A stretch of DNA of 64,000 nt from Geosiphon pyriformis uo1 (Eukaryota > Fungi > Glomeromycota): assembly GCA_016748015.1 (NCBI GenBank), contig JAAOMT010000193.1, positions 386,858 through 450,857 of the forward strand, read 5' to 3'. The notes beneath the pieces were generated by a model. That model was given only the letters and a program-made list of their open reading frames with translations. It ran no database searches and was not told where the DNA came from. Each line of letters opens with the position of its first letter. Position 1 is the stretch's first letter. Made by a program: the position numbers and the translations under genes. Shown one piece after another: positions 41,601 to 53,148 of the stretch.

Positions 41601-44389
41601 CAGGCAGAGGAGGAACGTGTGATACAACTTGCCAATACACAATCCTCATCTGTGACTAGATAAGAGGAGGAATGTCATTTGAAGCAGTGTTCAACAAAGT
41701 GTTAAAAAGACTACAGCACTACCCACACGATAAAAACAAGTTGTACAACACCACACAAGCCAAAGTAAGAGGAGGAACCACTGAAAAAATATGATGTTAG
41801 AAAAAGTCAGCCAAAGTAGCCGACAAAGTCGCCAGCTACAACATGTTTGACCCAGTAGACAAATTCCAGGACTACTACCAACAACTATGCCCCACTTGAC
41901 AAGAGCAAGAACAATACCTTGCCCAAATCAACACTTACCTCTGCGAAAACTGTCTTATCCCATGCCAAAATCAGTGCTGTGAAGAGTGTCAAGACAAAAG
42001 GGACTTAGAAAAAAAAATGGAAATTGAGAATCATCAGTCTCAAAATCAATCAATAAATCAACAAGACTCATCTGATGGTCCTGAGTCAGAAAAATTTATA
42101 GTCTATACCAACCTAGAACAAGTAACCGACATCCAATACTTTGACAATGGGCACTTAGGAATAATACTTGAAAGAGCCCATCCAACCAATGCTGAATTTG
42201 ATCTACGTTATCCAGAAGACCAATCCACAATGTTACCACCCAGGAGCATCACCAAAATCGACCTAAAAATAGCAGTTGAAATTCTGCCAAGAATAATGGT
42301 TCAAATAGCATCATGATCAAGCCTCACGAAAAAAGGAATAAGTGTTCAAGGAAGAGTAATTGACTCTGGATACACTGGAAATTTGATGGTTTTGCTACAA
42401 AACAATTCAGAAAAGCCTTATATTATTGAATTTAAAGAAAAGATTACACAAGCAATTTTCTTACTATTGGTAAAAATTGGGAAATTCATGCCAGTGGAAA
42501 ATTGTGAGGAATTATCACAAACAACGAAAGGAACTTTTGGTTTCGGATCGACAAAAAAAGGAATTAAAGCAAATTTTGCTGAAACAATAGAGGAAAAAGA
42601 CAAAGTAATTAAAAATGAACGGTCCATCATGCTCCTACCATATGGAAAATCAGAAATAAGAATAAAAAGGACAATTAAAGAAAAAGACCTAATATTTAAG
42701 CCCTATCCAGAAACTTGCCAACAGTTTTTCATAGGACTTACTAACCTTTTTATTCCAGCTGATAAAGCTCAATGGATAAAAATTCTTATCACAAACACCA
42801 CAGAAGAACCCGTCTATATTCCGGAAGATACCATCATTGAATACCTCAGAATGAAGCTAGAAAATGCATCAACACCATAAAAAATTTTAAATTTCCCAGA
42901 AATCGCTCTTTACTGTGAACTCACTTCAATAAATTGACAACAACTGTTAGAATGCTATCAATTTATGCCAGAAGAATTGGCCAAATTAAACATTAGAACA
43001 ATGGATTCTGACCAACAGCAACAATTAAAAGCATTAATTTTAAAATACTCTGATATATTTTCACAAAATAGTGAATTTGGAAGAACCAACTTGGTTCAAC
43101 ACCAAATTCTCACTGAAGACACCAGACCTGAAAAACAACGTGCTTATTGTGTTCCACCAATGGAGCATAATTTTATCAGAGAAGAAGTCCAAAGCATGTT
43201 GGAAAAAGGAATAATACAACCATCAATGAGCCCATGGTTCTCACCAGTTGTTTTAGTAAGGAAAAAGAATGGAAAAATTAGATTTTGCATCAACTATTGC
43301 AAACTAAACAGCAAAACAACCAAAAACTCATATCCAATACCATTAATTGACGAAATCTTCAACATTTTTGGAGAAACAAAATGGTTTTCTACACTGGACT
43401 TGACCAGTGAGTACTGGCAAGTGGAAATGGACCCAAAGGACAGGCATAAAACAGCATTCACAACACAAAATGGCAATTATGAGTTCAATGTAATGCCATT
43501 TAGATTAACAAATGCTCCTGTGACATTCCAAAGACTAATGAACATAATTTACTCCAGAATCCTGTGGCAATCTGTTGTTGTCTACTTGGATAATACAAAT
43601 GTTTTCTCGTCAAAATTCACAGATCATCTCCAACATTTACAACAAGTTTTTGAGAAATTGAGACACACTGGACTTAAACTAAATCTAGAAAAATGTTTCT
43701 TTGGGAAAAATGAGCTAGCATTTTTAGGACATATAATTGGAAAAGATGGAATAAAACCAGATCCATCAAAAATAGACAAAGTGAAAAAATTTTTAGTACT
43801 TCGAAATGTTTTAGAAGTTAAAAGCTTTTTAGGACTCGTATCTTACTACTGCTGCTTTGTAGAAAACTTTTCAAACATCGCCAAACTCCTTAATTACCTA
43901 CTATCCAAAAATGTGAAGTTTGAATGGACTGAAGCACAACAAAAAGCTTTTGAGTACCTTAGACAAAAGCTCATTAAATCACCAATAATGATCTATCCAA
44001 ATTTCAACAAGAAATTCATTTTGGCCACAGATGCCTCTGAAACTAGACTTGGAGCTATTCTGTCACAAAAAGATGATAATGGAAGAGAACGTGTAATTGC
44101 TTATGCCAACAGAAGTCTCAGTACGGCAGAACAAAACTATGCAGCACATGAACTTGAATGCTTAGCAGTAGTCTGGAGTTGTGTTCACTTTAACATATAT
44201 TTACAGTACCAACCCTTTGAGATTACCACAGATCATAGAGGTCTGGTCTGGTTAAATAACAAGAAAGCACTAAAAGGAAAATACACCAGATGGTCACAAA
44301 CGTTAGCACCATACAATTATATTATAAAATACAAAGAAGGTACCAAAAATGCTAATGCTGACTGTTTGTCAAGAATGAAACATATATAA
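38690..44389 (+). pseudogene. gag-pol: E ORF1: Gag-knuckle-PR-Cys-rich-dUTPase-RT-RNaseH in one frame, with premature stops
   Basis: ORF pieces starting at 40061, 40532, 42017, 42383 and 42965 are all in the same frame. ILDSGSAGS; LDLTSEYWQ; MPFRLTNAPVTFQR; TDAS..LGAIL; NANADCLSR. Start coordinate approximate. Confidence 0.92.
42150..42560 (+). pseudogene. dut: Trimeric dUTPase domain within E pol
   Basis: All five motifs visible: AEFDL, QIAS(R)SSL.KKG, VIDSGYTG, EKITQAIF, KGTFGFGST. Confidence 0.9.
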
Positions 44390-44418
44390 AAATCACCAAC
44401 CCACCCGCCATAACAACA

Positions 44419-45477
44419 ATGAACAACCACCTTTACAAAAACCTTAGCCAATACTTGGAAACACTACAAATAGACAAAGAAATGCTAGTAAAAGAGCTAA
44501 TTAAGCTCCAAAAATTAGCAAAACACTATTTTATCTAAAATCACATACTTTATTACTGAAATTGACAAAATTCAGATAATCCATTAAGAGTTATAACCAT
44601 GGATGAAAAAGAAACTATTTTATTTAACATGCATTCAGATATTCATTCAGGCCACTTTGGAAAAACAGCAACCATCCAATGTGCAACTAGCCATTACTAT
44701 TGGCCAAAAATAAGTTCAGACATAATCCAANNNNNNNNNNNNNNNNNNNNNNNNNNNNNNNNNNNNNNNNNNNNNNNNNNNNNNNNNNNNNNNNNNNNNN
44801 NNNNNNNNNNNNNNNNNNNNNNNNNNNNNNNNNNNNNNNNNNNNNNNNNNNNNNNNNNNNNNNNNNNNNNNNNNNNNNNNNNNNNNNNNNNNNNNNNNNN
44901 NNNNNNNNNNNNNNNNNNNNNNNNNNNNNNNNNNNNNNNNNNNNNNNNNNNNNNNNNNNNNNNNNNNNNNNNNNNNNNNNNNNNNNNNNNNNNNNNNNNN
45001 NNNNNNNNNNNNNNNNNNNNNNNNNNNNNNNNNNNNNNNNNNNNNNNNNNNNNNNNNNNNNNNNNNNNNNNNNNNNNNNNNNNNNNNNNNNNNNNNNNNN
45101 NNNNNNNNNNNNNNNNNNNNNNNNNNNNNNNNNNNNNNNNNNNNNNNNNNNNNNNNNNNNNNNNNNNNNNNNNNNNNNNNNNNNNNNNNNNNNNNNNNNN
45201 NNNNNNNNNNNNNNNNNNNNNNNNNNNNNNNNNNNNNNNNNNNNNNNNNNNNNNNNNNNNNNNNNNNNNNNNNNNNNNNNNNNNNNNNNNNNNNNNNNNN
45301 NNNNNNNNNNNNNNNNNNNNNNNNNNNNNNNNNNNNNNNNNNNNNNNNNNNNNNNNNNNNNNNNNNNNNNNNNNNNNNNNNNNNNNNNNNNNNNNNNNNN
45401 NNNNNNNNNNNNNNNNNNNNNNNNNNNNNNNNNNNNNNNNNCCAATAGTTTTAATTGAACATTATTCAAAAAGATAA
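44419..45477 (+). pseudogene. int: E integrase ORF (core falls in the N gap)
   Basis: ATG at 44419, MHSDIHSGHFG...YYWP, ends PIVLIEHYSKR*. Confidence 0.8.
44731..45441. other. Assembly gap (711 N)
   Basis: Run of n. Confidence 1.
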
Positions 45478-45561
45478 TTAATCTTAGATCACAGCAAAAA
45501 TGATTTAACAACCATAAAAACACATGCAAAAGATTCCAAAATAGCAGTCAAAATTAAAACA

Positions 45562-46230
45562 ATGATACTTATTCCAGAAAACATCAACAATATAATTCAA
45601 CAATTAGTTGAAAGCTTACAACAATTAAAATTCGATCTGGAAATCACAGTTAATAGCTCCAAAATAACATACATAAAAAAAACAATAGAAAATCCAAAAA
45701 CAAGAAAAGAACATAATTTTGAATCATATAATATTGCCAAATATAACAACAAATTTATCAACAAAGTTATTGAAAAATTAGAGATAGCATTGGGCAATAT
45801 ATTAATAATAAAAGAAATAGAAATAAGTAAATTAATACCAGACACATTTAGCAACTTGAAAACGAAATTTCCAATTAATTACTGTTATTATCAACTAGAA
45901 AAGCACTTGAACATACAAATATTATACTCAAAAAACTCAACTAGAGTGTTTGACAAAACAACTATTCAATTATTAGAACCTTTCATTAGAAAAACCAACA
46001 CTACATTCCATTTAAAAACAGTTTACAGAATTTTCAAAGCATTTGAAAACTGTCACAAATTATTGTTGGACCCAACCATAAACATAATAACAACCAACAG
46101 TATTGGACGACTTACCAACTCGCAATTTCAAGAATTACAACAACAAATTAATAACACAGTATTAAACCACTATAGTAACTTAGAATTTAATGAAGAAATT
46201 AACTTTGATTTCAGTGGAGCTCAATCTTGA
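45562..46230 (+). CDS. E ORF3, open 222-aa protein of unknown function
   Basis: Open frame with homologues at the same position in A, B and probably C. Stop directly abuts the PPT. Confidence 0.75.
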   Translation: MILIPENINNIIQQLVESLQQLKFDLEITVNSSKITYIKKTIENPKTRKEHNFESYNIAKYNNKFINKVIEKLEIALGNILIIKEIEISKLIPDTFSNLKTKFPINYCYYQLEKHLNIQILYSKNSTRVFDKTTIQLLEPFIRKTNTTFHLKTVYRIFKAFENCHKLLLDPTINIITTNSIGRLTNSQFQELQQQINNTVLNHYSNLEFNEEINFDFSGAQS

Positions 46231-48853
46231 AAGGAGGGGATAATGTTATGGTTTAAGAATTTAGCAAAAGAATCATAAAAATAATACAAACTATTCAATC
46301 ATAATATAGCATAGTAATAATCTTAGAAAGATAATGATTAACATAGTAGCAAACATCATCTTGCAATAGTGGCAAGCACTAGTTCACAATAGCAGCCAAC
46401 ACCAACTGGTAATAGCAGCAAACACCAGGTTGAAATATTAAAAAGAAAGTATTACAATGTGTTTTCTCATAGAACTACAAATATGTATATATATAGTAGC
46501 TTTAATATTGAGAAAAAACAATCAAGTAATAAAAATCATAACTTATTAAGCAATAAATCTAATTTTATCCAACAAACTCCACTTTAAATTATACTTTCAA
46601 ATTAAATATTCCAAGAAACCTTTAAATCAAAAAGAAATGAAAAAAAATATTTAAAACTGAATTATCACAATCCAAAGTATTAAGAAACTTACTTGTATTA
46701 TTTATTGAATGAAACTATCATTCATCAACTGAATCTCTTGGAAAAATAATCCTTGATCAAGATTATTCACATTGTTACTAATTGATAAAAGCTTTATTGT
46801 AAGAATTAGAAAAAGTGCTAAAGGCTATTAACATTTTGTGTTTCTAGATTAGAGAAACACATCAAACAATTGCAAGGATAGCCTCAGAGAAGACCTCAAA
46901 CAGTGGGTAGATTTCAGTTCAGCCTCTGAGAAGGAGTACATAAACACACACAATAATCAAGAATTGAAGAATAACTTACATTGCAACATTAAAAAGAAAG
47001 CCTTCAGTATAACATTGACATTATCACACAAATAGAATTGAGGAACTCACGAAAGACTGATTGCAATTAAAACGGAATATCAGCAATTAAATATAACAAG
47101 AAAACCATCCCGTAACAGTGTTTTAAAATAATTTACTATAGAAATTTTTAAGAATGGTTTCTAGATTTTTTTGGTTTCCAAATAAAATTTAATTTTTTTA
47201 TTAACATAAAAATTAAAAACTGATTTTGTTGGCCAATAGTTGTTAATTTAAGATAAATTTGGTAATATTAAAATAAAAATTTGCCAAATCTTAAATAGTT
47301 TGCTCTTATTACTTTTAATTTTGTCACTTTTTTAGATAATTAATATTGGTGCTGGTTTTCTGTTAGATTATATTTTACAGAGAGCACTAAATATTACAGA
47401 TAATTATTTGTAATGTTAAAACAAATAACAAATCTGTAACTTAATGCTTAATAGCTAAGAATGTTGAAAATTTTGAAGTCTAAAAATTTTGGTTAAATTT
47501 TTTATATAATAGACAGAAATTTAATTAATGGTTTTTTTCTATAAATTTTTTTTCAGCATAGTGGCTAGTTTATTTTAACAGTTATGTCTTTCTGGTAAGT
47601 TATCTTTAAATTTTTATTTTTGTTCACAGATTTTTTACTAAGCTATTCTTAATGTTAATTAATTAGTAAACAACAAAAAAAATAAAAATAAAAAAAAAAT
47701 AAAAAATAAAAAAAATAAAAAATAAAAAATAAGAAATTAGTATTTTATTAATAGCCATGATCAAAAGCTATTGGTTCAGTATAATTAAGTATTAAATTTT
47801 ATTAACATAAAGTATTGATAGTATGAAATAGATTAATATTTTTTTAATTAAGTAATGATAATATAAATGTAAATAATAATAGATGTTTTATTAATATAAG
47901 TATAATTTTATTTCAAGTTATAGAAAACTATTTTTTAAAAAAAGAGATATTATTATTCTAAACTGAATTGTTTTAAATTTTTTTTTGCTTCTAATACTCT
48001 TGCTATATATATATTATTTATGTTATACAAGATTTTTGAAAGTTTTTAATTTTTTTAAAAGAAATTCTGGAATTCTGAAAACTTGTAATTCTTTGAAAAA
48101 AATTTTGGAATTCTAGAATTCTACAATTTTTTAAAAGAAATTTTGAAATGCTTCTTTTTACTATGTATATTTCTAATTAGTTATTTTATTTATTTATTAT
48201 AATTCTTAATTTTTATGAGTAATACTAACAAGTAGCCATAAATTTAGTTAACAAAAAAATATGGCATTTACTACTAAAAAAAAAAACTTTGAATTTGAAA
48301 TAATGTCTTTTGGTTTAACCAATACTCCAGCCACTTTTCAATAACTAATGAAAATCATTTATACTGAATTAATATGAAAATCAGTAATAGTTTACTTAAA
48401 TAACACTAATATGTTCTTTAAAATATTTGATGATCATTTCTATTATTTCTAACAAGTATTTAAAAGATTAAAAAGAGCAAAATTAAAATTGAATGCCACA
48501 AAATACTTTTTTGGAAAAACAAAACTCAAGTTTTTGGAATATGTTGTAAGCAAAATGACATAAAAACACATTCAAACAAGATTAAAATAGTTAAAAACTT
48601 TTTAGTACCAACAAATTTAACTAAATTAAAAGCATTTTTAAGATTTACTAAATACTACTGCCATTTTATTCAAAAATTTTCTAAACTGGTTCAATTACTT
48701 TACTAGCTTTAAGCCAAAAATACCAAGTATAAATAGACTAAAAAACAATAAAAAGTTTTTAATATATTAAGACAAAAGCTTATTTAAGCTTTAGTGTTAA
48801 TATATTTAAACTATAACAAATTACTTATTATTATAATTAATACATCAAACCAA

Positions 48854-49862
48854 TGTTACTGGAGGTTTTTGGTCTCTTTTCTTAAATGTTGTTAATGTTT
48901 GTTTGTTGTAAATTCACGTTTTCTAGAAGTAGTTGGACCTCCAGTAACTGAATTTATCTTCAAATTATATCTTATAATTTGAACTGCTGGGCTTATAAGT
49001 GGAATGGCCAATTCCGTACCAGTTACTTTATGTAGTTATGTTGTAGTAAACATCAACTCTTTCCCAGGAATTGCTTGTCTGGAAGCTCACTAAAATGTGT
49101 AGTTACTTTGTGGTGAAAGTCAACTCTTCTACAGGAATCTTATCTGTAGACTACCCTAATGATTGTAATAAGAAAATACAAGAAAATAAAAGAAATGTAA
49201 AAGAAATAGAATTCTGTCAAGGAAAACGTTTTCTATCCAGGCCTGGAGTCACTAACAGTTTACTGAAATTGGTAGCTAATCAATTTCAAAATGTTAGTTG
49301 GGTTTTGGGAGTTTTCCAAGTGCAATAATTAAAAAATTTGGTTTTTCAAATTATTTGATATTTATTTTTTTTTGTGTGTATAAGAATGGTTCTAAGTGAT
49401 AAATCTAAAGTAAGATACATTTTCTTGAAGAAAAAAGCTCTTCTTTTATACAACTTGTTGTAGTACTAGTCTATGAACTTGCACTTTTTCTCTTTGCTCA
49501 AATTTTGGCAAACTAAAGATACATTTTGATGAACTACAAGTTATTTTGCTGAATTATTGATTAATTTGGGTAAACTATTCATAATTTTGGCAAATTTCTA
49601 TAAATTTCGGCGACTTTCATATAAATTTCGGCAAATTTCTGTAAATTTCGGCAAATTTTAGAATGTTACAAAGTTCAGGGTATTGTGTAATTTGATCATC
49701 TTATTTTTTGTTGTACTAATTGAATTATTAATTGAATCGTAATATGTGATAAATTGATTAAATAATAAGTGATAATTTGAATTGATATTAACATGTTAAT
49801 TAATGATAGGAATTATAAGGATAATTTTATGCTAATTAATAGTTAAAATTCTACTGGTAACA
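48854..49862. mobile_element. Solo-LTR-like element F (unrelated family, 1009 bp)
   Basis: TGTTACTGG...CTGGTAACA termini and an aaatttcggc tandem array at ~49585-49660. Flanks ccaa/ctat do not match. Confidence 0.7.
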
Positions 49863-50780
49863 CTATCAAAGACAACAATATTATATAGTAAATTAATTAA
49901 AAAGAATTAGAAATAGTAAATACAACAATTTTCTAAAAACTTTTGTTATTATTACTTAAAACAAAAGTTAAATATTCAGAATTTGTATACAAATAAAACA
50001 AAATAAATATTTAATACCATAATATTATAACAAATATAACAATTTGTAAAGAAAAACAATTTATTTATACAGATAAAAGCAATATATTAGTTACAAGCAG
50101 GATTTCAAGACTGTTCAATAATATTGTTATATCTAATAATGAATATTATAACTATTAACTAATTAAAAAAGCTTATTAATATTCAATTCAAAAAATTACA
50201 AACCAAAATTACCCAAGTAATTTTGAAAAAAAAGTAATAAAATTAATTCAAGAAAGAAAATTGGAAATTATAAAAAATTTTAATAAAGCTTAATATTAAA
50301 AAAAATATATATTGCTTATAAAAAATAAGAATTATTATAGTTAAAAAAAATAGCCAATAACAAATAGGCATATAGAAAAAGAAATCCCAGAATTTTTTTC
50401 AAAAAATTAAAAAATTTCAAAGAATTTTATATAATAAAAATTATGTATATATAGCAGTAGTATCAAAAACAAGGAAAGTTAAATCAGAGAAATAGTAAAT
50501 ATTTTTTTCTTTAAAAGTTAGTTTTCTATATCTTAAAATAAAATCATCATTTTATTATCTGATTCATGTTATTTATATTATTGAATTAAAATTACTATTT
50601 TTTAACTTTATTAGTAACTCATGTTAATAATATCTATTATTTAACCACATTAAACCAATAGTTTTTGATCATGATTATTGACAGAATATTAATTTTTTAT
50701 CTCTTTTTTTATTTTTTTTTATTTTATTTTTTTTGTTGTTTACTAATTAATTAAGGAATTAAGTATTAAAATATTGATAT

Positions 50781-51368
50781 TGTTACTCATAAAAAAAGTA
50801 CAAAGAAAGAAAGTAAAAAAAACAAATAGAAAAATAGATCAATAGAAGAATAGTATTTAGCAAGTAAATACAATATTAGAAAATTATAACATATTCTTAG
50901 CAATGTGCATATTGTTAGTAAATTATGGCATACTGTTTAGCAATAAATACATTGTCAAAAAATCATGACATATTGCTTAGTAATAAGCACATTGTTAAAA
51001 AAAATAGAATATATTGCTCAAAAAATATGAGATCTTGTATAATAAGAATTATGTATATATTATAAGAATATTAAAAGCAGAAAAAACAGAATCAATATCA
51101 ACAATCAGCTAAAATTCATTAATTATTTAATACCTCTCTCTTTAAAAAATAGTTTTCTACAACTTGAAGTAAAATTAAATCACATATTAATAAAATATCA
51201 ATTATTACCTAAATCTATGATATCATTATTTAATTAAAAAATATTAATTATTTCCATTCTATCAACACTTTATGTTAATAAAATCTAATATTTAATTACA
51301 TTAAACTAATAGCTCTTAATTATGACTATTAACAGAATATTAATTTTTTATTTTTTTTATTTTTTTTG
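50781..51368 (+). repeat. Truncated A-like LTR G inserted in the 3' LTR of H
   Basis: TGTTACTCATAAA start, A-type atattgct(c)agcaat U3 repeats and shared R region. Confidence 0.75.
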
Positions 51369-53000
51369 GAACAATATTTGAGTATAATTGGTTTGTTAAA
51401 AATATTTGGTATTATTTTTGCAAATCAACTTCTGAACTGTTGTAGTATGTGTTTTATGTAAAGTAATTTTCACAGATAAAAAAAACTGGATCCCAGAAGA
51501 CTAATTCCTAGTTGGTTTAATTTGTTAATCAAGTTCATTAAGAATGGTGGTTTGATTAATAATTGTGTTTTGGCTTCTTATCTATTCTTGGTTATTGCTT
51601 AAGTAACTTTGGTTTTATTGGTAAGCATTTTTTTAAAAATGAGTCAAACAATATAGTTGTTTATATAAATAGTTTAGTTAAGGATTTGAAGTCTGTAAAT
51701 ATTCATGGTAATACTATTGTCTACTTTCTGAATATTAACAAAAATATAAAAATTAGGATGTGTGATCTGTTTTCTTTAACTTTAACAAAACTACAGATTA
51801 TTATTTTTGCTTTGGAATGTGTTCCAATATCTAGTTTAGTTGTTTTGTTTATGAATAGTCAAGTGTTATTGGATATGAGTATCTTGTTTAGGAAAAATAC
51901 AAGTTCTGATTTTTGCAATAAATATTAGACAAAAAGAAAACATATTTGCTGGTTTATTACATTAAAAAATTTATCAGTTAATTGAAATAAGATTAAAAGT
52001 TATTTTAGGGTTGTTGACAATAAGCATGTTAATTTTTTTACTAATATTGTCATCATGTTTGATTTTATACTATCTGTAAATATGTCTTGTTACTTTTTAG
52101 CTATTAAAGACAGATTTGTTTCTGAAAATGTCCATTATTTTATTAAATGTTTTTTTGAAGCCATTAGTTTTATTGATTGGAATTTCAAATATGCTAATAA
52201 TGCTGTAAATAATACTCTGTGTAACATGTTTAATATGAATAAAACATTTAATATATAACATTCTAATGGTCAAGTTTAATCTTGTTTTACCAGTTTTGCT
52301 TTTGTAATACTTTGATCTTACTTTATAAAAGCTTTATATCACTAATTACTAATAGTTAAAAAAAATTATATATTTGGATTATCTCAGTATGTTGTGTATT
52401 TGATATAGATTGATTGAAGGCTTTAACCACACGTTTTTTTGTATTTATGATGCTGGCATTAGAAAAAATTTGATTTTAAAAACTTTTGAAACATGAACTG
52501 GTTTGCTAAATACTTATACTGCTAACAATATAGTAATCTGATTCCTGTATAAGACTAAGTTTTCAAATTATTTGTATATGTTATTAGTCAAAGACTTTGT
52601 AATAAAAGAGTAGATGACTGAAATAATATATTTATTGGGTAATGGTTTTAATGATGTATTTTTGGTCATTAATTTGGTCTAAGATTTTACCAAAAACCAC
52701 AGATCTACTATGTAATTGTTAATTCTAAGTTAAGAGTGTATTATAAAAAATGTGATCTTCTGTTATATAATAAATTTATGATATTAATTATATTTGGTTT
52801 AGCATTATTGTGTTTTTTTAGTATGATTTATAATTTTGGTATTAGGTTGGGTATTCATGTTTGTTTTGATTTATATTTTTATCTGTCTAGTATATATTTC
52901 AGTTTTTTGTATAACTTTCCTTTTGTAAATAGTTTAGGTGCTTAATGTTGTCTTAATTGGTTTAAGTGACTAATCACATATAAAAAATACATAAGTCATA
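51369..53000 (+). mobile_element. 3' part of a LINE with RNase H domain (decayed)
   Basis: KKLDPR..IPSWF, VYINSLVK (VYTDGS), FALECVP.SSLVVLFMNSQ (FTDSQ), C-terminal FGIRLGIHVCF. A (TAA)n tract follows. Confidence 0.6.
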
Positions 53001-53102
53001 CTTAATATAAGAGCTTATATAGTTCTATAATTTTAAGTAGTAATTGGACTGTATTCATAAAATGTATAATAATAAAAAAATATATAAAATAAATTTTTTA
53101 GT

Positions 53103-53104
<2 letters not shown>

Positions 53105-53148
<44 letters not shown>
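53105..53148 (+). repeat. (TAA)n microsatellite, possible LINE tail
   Basis: About 14 TAA units. Confidence 0.85.

Larger units (their letters stand above)
37731..47117 (+). mobile_element. Best-preserved Gypsy element E (second dUTPase family)
   Basis: Two 874-bp LTRs (37731-38604, 46244-47117), perfect TSD gtgt, PBS tggtaaaccctacgag at 38607, PPT aaggaggggataa 46231-46243. Confidence 0.95.
33736..48224 (-). mobile_element. Internally deleted Gypsy element D (dUTPase family), hosting E
   Basis: Truncated 3' LTR 33736-~34400, 5' LTR 47392-48224, PBS ~47373-47389, TSD ttaa/ctaa (inferred CTGG). Gag, PR, Cys-rich region and half of dUTPase at 34450-37730. RT/RH/INT are missing. Confidence 0.8.
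4226..50780 (+). mobile_element. Oldest host Gypsy element H (dUTPase family), split into 4226-5013, 33469-33735, 48229-48853 and 49863-50780
   Basis: The pol frame resumes across insertions: IKQKPY|ISPVNHKII (5013/33469) and NSY(W)|QVAI...NFEFEIMSFGLTNTPATFQ (33735/48229). ORF3 relic and 3' LTR start at ~50310. Confidence 0.75.

Noticed and set aside
44360-44419. Programmed -1 frameshift joining RH and INT
   Set aside because: No canonical slippery heptamer, and the spacer frame differs among A, B, C and E.
44599-45529. Long ORFs of 252-292 aa
   Set aside because: Artefacts of the N gap; only the flanks belong to E integrase.
45562-46230. ORF3 as a retroviral-type env
   Set aside because: No signal peptide, furin site or TM helix is visible.
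49071-49328. 85-aa ORF
   Set aside because: Lies inside LTR F, has a non-ATG start and no motifs.
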